64,000 bases of DNA from NCBI GenBank assembly GCA_964618805.1, contig CAZUBM010000007.1, forward strand, positions 5,888-69,887. Reading direction: 5' to 3'. The DNA is from an uncultured Nitrososphaerota archaeon (GTDB lineage Archaea; Korarchaeota; Korarchaeia; Korarchaeales; Korarchaeaceae). Of this stretch, positions 56,984 to 64,000 are shown piece by piece. Position 1 is the stretch's first letter. The number at the start of each line of letters is the position of its first letter. The position numbers and the translations under genes were made by a program. The notes under the pieces were generated by a model that saw nothing but the letters and a program-made list of their open reading frames with translations, did no database searches and was not told the origin of the DNA.

Positions 56984-58561
56984 ATGGGAGAACTGATTGA
57001 GTACGCCAAGCTATCCGCTAAAGGAGGGATAGAACTATCCATAGGAATGGTCATATCCACGGCTCTAACTGCGATTGGAACAATCGTTGTTGCAAGACTC
57101 CTATCTCCTGAGCAATACGGCCTTTACACCATAGCTATGGTTCCTGCTGCCATGATAGGCCTCTTTAGGGATTGGGGAGTAAATTCGGCCATAACGAGGT
57201 ATATCTCCTTCTACAGAGCTAAGTCTCAGGAGCACAGGATAAGGTCGGTTCTTAAGGCAGGGATGGGGTTTGCAATCTTATCAGGTCTTCTTTCTGCTCT
57301 TTTCACTGTTGTGACCTCTGACTTGATCGCTAACTTAGTATTCAGGAAGCCGGAAGTAGCCCCTCTCATCAAGGTGTCTGCTATATGGGTTTTTTCTATG
57401 GCCCTCTTCAACGTGGGGTGGTCAACTCTCATAGGCTTCGAGAAGATGGGGCTTAACAGCATCGTCATAATATTTAGGTCTTCAATGAGGAGCCTTATAT
57501 CCCCTCTTCTCGTTCTGTTGGGCTATGGAGCTCTTGGAGCTGTTATGGGCTACAGTTTTTCTGGCTTCTTAGCTGCTATCCTTTGCGTCCTATTTTTCAT
57601 GAAAGCATATAAAGGAATTGAAGGAGATTCTGATTCCTCGATTAAAGGCACGTTGTTCATGCTCTTGGATTATGGCTTCCCATTAGCAATTGGAGCGATA
57701 GTTAGCGGCTTTGGCAACCAATTTTACAGGTTTCTAATGTCAAGAAGCTGCTCCTCTGAGGCAATTGGGAACTATGGTGCTGCATCCAACTTCCTCGTAG
57801 CGATGGGCCTCCTAACTTCTCCAATAACTACGGTTCTCTTTCCAGCGTTCTCGAAAATAGATGGGCAGAAGGAACCGAACAAGCTTAAGAAGGCCTTTAG
57901 GGCTTCTGTTAAGTACTCATCTGTCTTCGTAGTTCCAGCCGCTGTAGGAGTTATGGTAACATCTAAGCCCCTGGTTTTCACCCTTTTTGGTGAGAAGTAC
58001 TCTCAAGCACCTGCTTTCCTATCCCTAGTGAGCTTGGGACAAGTCCTTTGTGCTCTAGGAGCCTTAAGTGCAGCCACACTTTTAACAAGCCAGGGAAAGA
58101 CGAAGGAAATAATGAAGGCAAACCTCTTCTCCCTTGCAATAGGAGTTCCAGCAAGCCTCTTTCTAATCCCTAGATTTGGGATATATGGGTTAATAGCGAC
58201 TATTCTTCTAGTTTCCTTTATCACGATCATTCTGCTGGACTACAGGATTTTTAAGATATATGGGTTCTGTATCGATTTACACTCATCTGGAAGGATTTTC
58301 TTGGCATCCTTGTTCATGGCTGCCATAATCTATGGGGTAGAAAATCTGTTGGCCTCACTGATGCCTTTGATCAGGCTAGTAATAGATGGTCTAACTGGTC
58401 TGCTTGCCTATTCAGCGTTTGTCATAATATTCAATGGAATAAGTTCTGACGATATTGAAAATCTAAAGACAATTTTCAGCAAAGCGGGGATAGTTGGGAG
58501 GGTAATTGTAGGATTTTTGAGCGGAATAGAGCTTCTTAATGAATGGATGAGGGGAAAATAG
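56984..58561 (+). CDS. Oligosaccharide flippase (Wzx/MOP superfamily)
   Basis: ARLLSPEQYGLY, DWGVNSAITRY, LFPAFS, LFGEKY; about 14 TM. Confidence 0.9.
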   Translation: MGELIEYAKLSAKGGIELSIGMVISTALTAIGTIVVARLLSPEQYGLYTIAMVPAAMIGLFRDWGVNSAITRYISFYRAKSQEHRIRSVLKAGMGFAILSGLLSALFTVVTSDLIANLVFRKPEVAPLIKVSAIWVFSMALFNVGWSTLIGFEKMGLNSIVIIFRSSMRSLISPLLVLLGYGALGAVMGYSFSGFLAAILCVLFFMKAYKGIEGDSDSSIKGTLFMLLDYGFPLAIGAIVSGFGNQFYRFLMSRSCSSEAIGNYGAASNFLVAMGLLTSPITTVLFPAFSKIDGQKEPNKLKKAFRASVKYSSVFVVPAAVGVMVTSKPLVFTLFGEKYSQAPAFLSLVSLGQVLCALGALSAATLLTSQGKTKEIMKANLFSLAIGVPASLFLIPRFGIYGLIATILLVSFITIILLDYRIFKIYGFCIDLHSSGRIFLASLFMAAIIYGVENLLASLMPLIRLVIDGLTGLLAYSAFVIIFNGISSDDIENLKTIFSKAGIVGRVIVGFLSGIELLNEWMRGK

Positions 58562-59259
58562 TTTTCAGAAGGAGTTCATCTAAGTTTTTTCCTTGTAGTG
58601 GGTGATAAGCCTCGTAAGGGTATATGGAGACTTGTCCTCGTCTTGAACCTAAGCGTGCCTCAGATTTTGTATAGATCTCTACCTATAATCCTAGCCCTTT
58701 ACGAGCCAGAACATATTTTGCTTTAATCGGCTCTAGTTTATTACTTTAAACTGGAAGCTAAGGAGGGGAAGATATTGCCAGACAAAGATCTGATAAGAGG
58801 CGAAGCTAAAGACATCAAAAAAAATCAGCCATGTATGCGGTATAAGATCATGGTTAAGGGTATTAAGGTAGTCGTTAAGGATAGGAGACTCTTCTACGAT
58901 CTTATGAGTGCGGCTTTCTCGAGGTGCAATGATGTTAGGATCTTGCTAGGCAAATCTAGATAAAGTTTTAGGAAGCTTTCCTTCCAAACGTTTATCTCCT
59001 AATTACCTTCTGTAACAGTTACTCTCTTTTTATCTTCTACATTATCCAGCTTCCTTCCTATTCCCTCTATTGGTATAGGAGGGTTATGACGAGTGTTTTT
59101 CCTGGTCCAAGAGTTCTGAAATAATGGATAAATTGCCACAACTCTTCAAGATTTACAAAGTTTAATGATACCTCCAACAAGCAGAAGCAGTAAGTAGGTA
59201 ACTATGTGATTCTTGAGCGAAAATAGAAGTGCTAAATGATTGGATGATCGCGTTGGGCC

Positions 59260-60213
59260 CTATCTTTCGAGGAGGAGATCATCTACTTTCTCCCTATAAT
59301 AGGAGACCAGTCTCCTTATGCCCTCATCTAAGCTTGTCTTTGCCTTAAATCCAAGTTGAGCCTCGGCCCTCGTAGTGTCTGCCCTGGTCCTATAGACATA
59401 GTTCTTTATGGGACAAGGAACATATTTTGGCTTCAGTTCAGAGCCTAAGATCTCTCCTATCATATTAAACACTTGGTTAAAGCTCGTCTCAATTCCAGTT
59501 CCTACGTTGAAGATCCCATCCTTCCCTAATTGCATCGAAATTAAGAAGGCATCGACGACGTCCCCAACGTAAATGAAATCCCTAGTCTGGCTTCCATCCC
59601 CATATATTACAGGCGCTTCTCCCTTCAACATGCACCAGATGAATTGGGAGATTATGTTTGCGTACTTGCCCTTGGGAATCTCGTTCTCACCATACACGCT
59701 GAATAACCTAAGACCCTTGCTTCTAACCCCGTGCATGTTCCTGTAAAGCTCTGAAAGCCTTTCAAGATAATAACGGGCCTCTGTATAATAATCGTTGACA
59801 AATACTGGCATATCTTCCCTAAATGGGAGGGGATTCCCGTTATAGAGCGAAGAAGTGGAGGCGTAGACCAAAGGACAACTAGCTTCCTTACAATATTCAA
59901 GGACAGCTATTCCGTCCTCAACTACTTCTGAGACCAGGCTTGGTTTCTCCCTATACATCGGGGAAGAGGAATAAATTCCTAAGTGGAACACTCCGTCTGC
60001 CTTAACCTTTAGCTCAGAGATCTTCTTGCTCCTGCCCTTTATCACCTCTATTTTATCCATGACATCCTCTAGGTTTGAAATGGATCCTGTGTGAAAGTTA
60101 TCTATAACTACAACCTCGCAGTTATGAGAAAGCAATCGCTTGACTAGTCTGCTTCCTATGAAGCCAGCCCCACCCGTTACGATGAATGTCCCTTTTTCCA
60201 GATTAAGTCCCAT
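59260..60213 (-). CDS. NAD-dependent NDP-sugar epimerase/dehydratase (extended SDR)
   Basis: VTGGAGFIGS, YASTSSLY, LRLFSVYG, YGDGSQTRDFIYVGDV. Confidence 0.93.
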   Translation of the reverse strand: MGLNLEKGTFIVTGGAGFIGSRLVKRLLSHNCEVVVIDNFHTGSISNLEDVMDKIEVIKGRSKKISELKVKADGVFHLGIYSSSPMYREKPSLVSEVVEDGIAVLEYCKEASCPLVYASTSSLYNGNPLPFREDMPVFVNDYYTEARYYLERLSELYRNMHGVRSKGLRLFSVYGENEIPKGKYANIISQFIWCMLKGEAPVIYGDGSQTRDFIYVGDVVDAFLISMQLGKDGIFNVGTGIETSFNQVFNMIGEILGSELKPKYVPCPIKNYVYRTRADTTRAEAQLGFKAKTSLDEGIRRLVSYYREKVDDLLLER

Positions 60214-60259
60214 TTCTCTGTCATTTACTAAATGCTCCAGCAGATTAAAAGTCTTGAAG

Positions 60260-60940
60260 TTAAATCTTGCCTAGCATTGCCTTAAGTTTCATGGAAAGGA
60301 CCGTCTTGAGAAATCTGTAAGTATCCCTTGTCATCTTCATCTTTGATCTCTCCTTTCCATAAATCGTCTTTATCTGCACCTCCCCTATCTTTAAGCTCAG
60401 CCTCTTTGCCAAGATCAGGGATGCTGTTTCACCCTCAAACCCCCTTGCCTCAACGTTCATAAGCTTGGTGAGGGCATCCTTCCTGTAGGCCCTGTACCCA
60501 CACTGGGAATCAGAAATTCTAAAGCAAAATAGTATTCTGAGCATGCTGGTCGTTATGAAGTTGGAGATTTTCCTTATTAGGGGCATTCCTTTCTTAGATC
60601 GGTATCCTACGACCAGGTCAAAGTCCTTTAAAGCTTCTATGAACTTTGGAATTTCATCTGGATCGTGCTGTCCGTCTCCGTCCATCTGAATTATCAGGTC
60701 AGATGACTCAAGGGCCTTCTTGAAACCGTCACGAAGGGCAACCCACTTTCCCATGTTCTTCTCATGTACTATAACAATGGCCCCATTTTCTGCAGCTATT
60801 TTTGCCGTTTCATCCGTGCTTCCATCATCTACAACTATTACTTTATCAACATGCTTTTTAGCCCTTGAAATCACATCTGCTATGAATTCCTCCTCATTGT
60901 ACGCTGGAATCACTACCGTAATCCTTTGCAACTCGATCAA
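60260..60940 (-). CDS. GT2 dolichol-phosphate glycosyltransferase-like
   Basis: IPAYNEE, VDDGSTD, MDGDGQHDP, DSQCGYRA. Confidence 0.9.
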   Translation of the reverse strand: MIELQRITVVIPAYNEEEFIADVISRAKKHVDKVIVVDDGSTDETAKIAAENGAIVIVHEKNMGKWVALRDGFKKALESSDLIIQMDGDGQHDPDEIPKFIEALKDFDLVVGYRSKKGMPLIRKISNFITTSMLRILFCFRISDSQCGYRAYRKDALTKLMNVEARGFEGETASLILAKRLSLKIGEVQIKTIYGKERSKMKMTRDTYRFLKTVLSMKLKAMLGKI

Positions 60941-60979
60941 GCATTACACCTAAGGCGTATATATCTATCCTATCACATC

Positions 60980-61402
60980 TTATACAATGGGCGGGGCTCT
61001 TATCCTCTTCATGTAAGAGGCTGCCCTAGGTCTAGTTAGCAGGTAAAGTATGATGAGAGAGTAAGCCGTTGGAAGGGTTAGGGAAAGGCAAGTAAAGAGT
61101 CCCCTAATCTCTCCTGCCATCCACATCAAGGGAATGCTGTAAATGAGGGGAAGGGGGGAGAATATCAAGATCAAGGCGTGGATTATTATAGCGCTAATCC
61201 TTGCTTTATCGTAGCCCATCCATAGGAATAAAGATAAAACAATCAAGACAAAACCGAAGATAATAGATACTGAGGATATGGCCAGTACGTGAGTCTGACC
61301 TGACGTTCCCTTGAAAAAGAGGGTTCCAATGCAGATGAAGAAGAGACCACATATGATCATGAGGACCGTTGATATCAATATTTCGAGAGGCGCCTTTCTC
61401 AT
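60980..61402 (-). CDS. Four-TM membrane protein
   Basis: Four hydrophobic segments ending in YLLTRP. Confidence 0.75.
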   Translation of the reverse strand: MRKAPLEILISTVLMIICGLFFICIGTLFFKGTSGQTHVLAISSVSIIFGFVLIVLSLFLWMGYDKARISAIIIHALILIFSPLPLIYSIPLMWMAGEIRGLFTCLSLTLPTAYSLIILYLLTRPRAASYMKRIRAPPIV

Positions 61403-61538
61403 CCTTGTTTAATTGTGATTTTCAGCATAAAAATTTCTATCAAATTCACCCTACCTTAAACGAATTTTCAACGAAGAGTTCCATGCCAGTTGAGAGGGAT
61501 CAGGAAAGGGTAAATAATCTTGCCGTGTCCAATAGCTG

Positions 61539-62345
61539 ATGAATTCCGAAGTCTCTGAGGAAAGAGAGGCGTGGATCATATCCATTGGAAACGAGTTGCT
61601 CATAGGTAAGGTAGTAAATACCAACTTCTCATGGCTTGCAGAGCAGCTCGAATCAATCGGTTACAAGGTTAGGAGGGGAATAACAGTTATGGATGATATA
61701 GAGGAGATCTCATGGGCTTTTAGGCAGGCTTTGTCCTCAAAGGCGAGCCTAATAATATCTACAGGAGGTTTAGGACCAACTTATGACGATAAAACCAGTG
61801 AAGCACTGGCCTTCGCCCTTAACAGGAGGTGGGAAATTAATGAGGAGGCTCTAGGGATGGTGAAACGGAAGTATGAATCGGTTGGAATGGAACTCACTGA
61901 ACACAGGATAAAGATGGCTAAGTTGCCTGAAGGTGCCGTTCCACTTGAAAACCCTGCTGGTACAGCTCCAGGAATAATGGTTAGGGAAGGGGATAGCTTG
62001 ATAATCGCACTGCCAGGCGTTCCGAAGGAAATGAAAGCAATTTTTAACGATCTAATAGATGAACTAAGAGCCAGAACTGGAATTATGGTTGCAGAAACAG
62101 AGTTTTCGGTCTCCGGCATTCCTGAATCGTCCATCGCTCCTCTCATCGATGAGGTGGTAAGGAGGTACCCGGCTGTTTACGTGAAAAGCCATCCAAGGGG
62201 GAAGGAGTTGGAGGCTCCATTGCTCTTAATACACCTTTCAGCGAGAGCTCATACCAAAGAGGAAGCTTTATCTATGGTGAAGGAGGCAGAGAGCATGCTC
62301 TTATCCATGATAAAGGAGATCAGAGGCAAGATCACCAAAGGATGA
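61539..62345 (+). CDS. cinA: CinA N-terminal-like (molybdopterin-binding domain) protein
   Basis: IGNELLIG..VNTN, TGGLGPTYDD.T, NPAGTAPG, LPGVPKEM, YVKSHP. Confidence 0.88.
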   Translation: MNSEVSEEREAWIISIGNELLIGKVVNTNFSWLAEQLESIGYKVRRGITVMDDIEEISWAFRQALSSKASLIISTGGLGPTYDDKTSEALAFALNRRWEINEEALGMVKRKYESVGMELTEHRIKMAKLPEGAVPLENPAGTAPGIMVREGDSLIIALPGVPKEMKAIFNDLIDELRARTGIMVAETEFSVSGIPESSIAPLIDEVVRRYPAVYVKSHPRGKELEAPLLLIHLSARAHTKEEALSMVKEAESMLLSMIKEIRGKITKG

Positions 62346-62349
62346 GCTG

Positions 62350-63078
62350 TTATCTAATCATCCTTATCAGCAGGAGTATTGGGTCTCCTATCCACATCGT
62401 TATCACGTATCCGGCCAAGATGAAGGGAAGCATAGGAATCGAAGGACATATCCAAACAAGAGGCTCTTCTGTCTTTGGAAGTTCTTCTTTAGTCTCAGGG
62501 ATCGAGAGAGCTGAGATTAGCTTGAACCTTTTCTTGGGCGAACTCCCTTGTTGAGCGACTGAGAAAAATTTAAACTTATGAGCTTCTTCAGCCCGAATCG
62601 CGATTGCAAGAAGGCTTGCAAGAAGTTTCCTCGGTATAGATTCCTCAAATCCATAAAAGATCTTCTCTCCTCTAAATAATAATGCCATATTCCATGCTAG
62701 GAAAGAAATTGGAACTAGGAGGATTAACATGTTTGAGTACAACATCGTGCAGAAAGCTGGGGGGAACATGCATTTTCCTAAAGGATGATATGGCTGGAGC
62801 ACGGTCAGCGTGATGAGAGCAAGAATATCTGCACCTCCCATAAGTTTAAGCCCCCAAGAAGCTAAAAGCACAATTATAAATGGGATTGAAAACCTGAGGT
62901 AACGTACAAGTAGCGTTAGGGGAGGCCTCTCCACAACTAACGCGTATGCGTCCAACGCGCCACCTAGCGAGATGCCAACCATCCACAGGTAATCGTCAAC
63001 TTGCCTGTCCCTCATGTCTTGTATTGCGACTATAGACAATATGAGCAGTGAGAGTAACACTCTGATTTCCTCAAACAA
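62350..63078 (-). CDS. Archaeal prepilin/prearchaellin peptidase (A24, PibD/FlaK-like)
   Basis: QD..DR.V.D..W, MGGADI, VWI.P.IPMLPFI..GY. Confidence 0.88.
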   Translation of the reverse strand: MFEEIRVLLSLLILSIVAIQDMRDRQVDDYLWMVGISLGGALDAYALVVERPPLTLLVRYLRFSIPFIIVLLASWGLKLMGGADILALITLTVLQPYHPLGKCMFPPAFCTMLYSNMLILLVPISFLAWNMALLFRGEKIFYGFEESIPRKLLASLLAIAIRAEEAHKFKFFSVAQQGSSPKKRFKLISALSIPETKEELPKTEEPLVWICPSIPMLPFILAGYVITMWIGDPILLLIRMIR

Positions 63079-63268
63079 CCTTTATCCCGCATTAATCACC
63101 AAATCCTTTTATTTTAGATGTTTGCACTACTTAGGGGGAATGCACTTTAATTAAGAAAGCGCATTTCCGATGTTAAAAACTGAAGATTACCAATTTTAGG
63201 GAAGATGACCAAAAGATTTTTTCCTTTACTATGAACTTTTTATTTTTGTGGTTACTCTTAGAATAAGG

Positions 63269-63718
63269 ATGACCCTCAGGAAAGGAGTCTCGCAGGTCAC
63301 TACAGCTGTGGTGCTAATGGTGCTTGGCATAGCCCTAGCTGTCTTAGTCTATCAAGTGGTGCTAGGAACTAGCAGGGGTAGCTACTCAAGAATTGAGGCT
63401 GGTACTCCAAAATCTAACATAAAAATAATGGATCTCGATCCCGGAAACCCATCAAACGGAGTTCCTGCAAAGATCTATGTTAGAAACCTTGGACCATTGG
63501 ACATCGAGTTCTCTGGGCCTCAGGAATGGCAGGTTTTCATCGACAACCAGCCGATGAGCATACTTACAATGGATCCGGCTCAGGGAACTCTGGGAGTTAA
63601 CGAGGTACTCAACATAACCCTTACAGAGGCAGTTAACGCTTCATTTTCCCACACAATCAAGGTTTATGGACCATATGCTACCGTTGCGTTTGCTGGGTGG
63701 TCTCCAGGAGGGGGATGA
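63269..63718 (+). CDS. Archaeal type IV pilin-like protein
   Basis: Class III signal MTLRKG/VSQVTTAVVLMVLGIALAVLVY; Ig-like YVRNLG domain; ATG 63269 preferred over track start 63248. Confidence 0.85.
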   Translation: MTLRKGVSQVTTAVVLMVLGIALAVLVYQVVLGTSRGSYSRIEAGTPKSNIKIMDLDPGNPSNGVPAKIYVRNLGPLDIEFSGPQEWQVFIDNQPMSILTMDPAQGTLGVNEVLNITLTEAVNASFSHTIKVYGPYATVAFAGWSPGGG

Positions 63719-63721
63719 GTT

Positions 63722-64000
63722 ATGATGAGAAAAGGTGCTGGTACAATTCTGCTTATAGGATTTGCGATAACAGTGCTTATAATGACCCTAGCTGCCTATC
63801 TCTCCCCGCCAGAGATAAAGATGCAAGCGGGGGTACATGAGGAGTTTGTAGACTCGCTGTCCTACCTCACATCCGTGGTAGACACAGCCGCTAGGCTACC
63901 GGGCACTACGGAGGAGAAGGCGGACTTCATAAACAAGTCCTTCTCCTACCTGAGCAGGAAGCTTATAGAGAAGGGAATAAACCTCACATACATTAACATA
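63722..64000 (+). CDS. Second pilin-like protein, 3'-partial (not in ORF track)
   Basis: MMRKG/AGTILLIGFAITVLIMTLAAY..., open to the window end. Confidence 0.7.
   Translation, partial: MMRKGAGTILLIGFAITVLIMTLAAYLSPPEIKMQAGVHEEFVDSLSYLTSVVDTAARLPGTTEEKADFINKSFSYLSRKLIEKGINLTYINI

Noticed and set aside
58775-58963. 62-aa ORF with faint resemblance to a KsgA/Dim1 C-terminal helix (LFYDLMSAAFSR)
   Set aside because: Too short and weak to support without a search

Overview
Archaeal DNA, probably from a thermophilic TACK-type lineage (Bathyarchaeia- or Korarchaeia-like; the lineage cannot be fixed from this window). The core (about 8.9-47.6 kb, with outliers at 57-61 kb) is a large cell-surface glycosylation locus built around an 846-aa S-layer-like gene. 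It holds seven large GT-C-fold-like membrane proteins (several with carbohydrate-binding or CWB2-like extensions), six intact GT4 and four GT2 enzymes, an alkaline-phosphatase-superfamily enzyme, a flippase and an NDP-sugar epimerase. The left flank (1-14.5 kb) has many decayed paralogue remnants, a truncated tnpB and a 1329-aa single-pass protein of unusual architecture. The right flank (48-56.3 kb) is a toxin-antitoxin-rich islet, followed by trm112, a CinA-like gene, a prepilin peptidase and two pilin-like genes. No rRNA, tRNA, CRISPR array, reverse transcriptase or integrase was seen. All family calls come from motif recognition by eye, not database searches.
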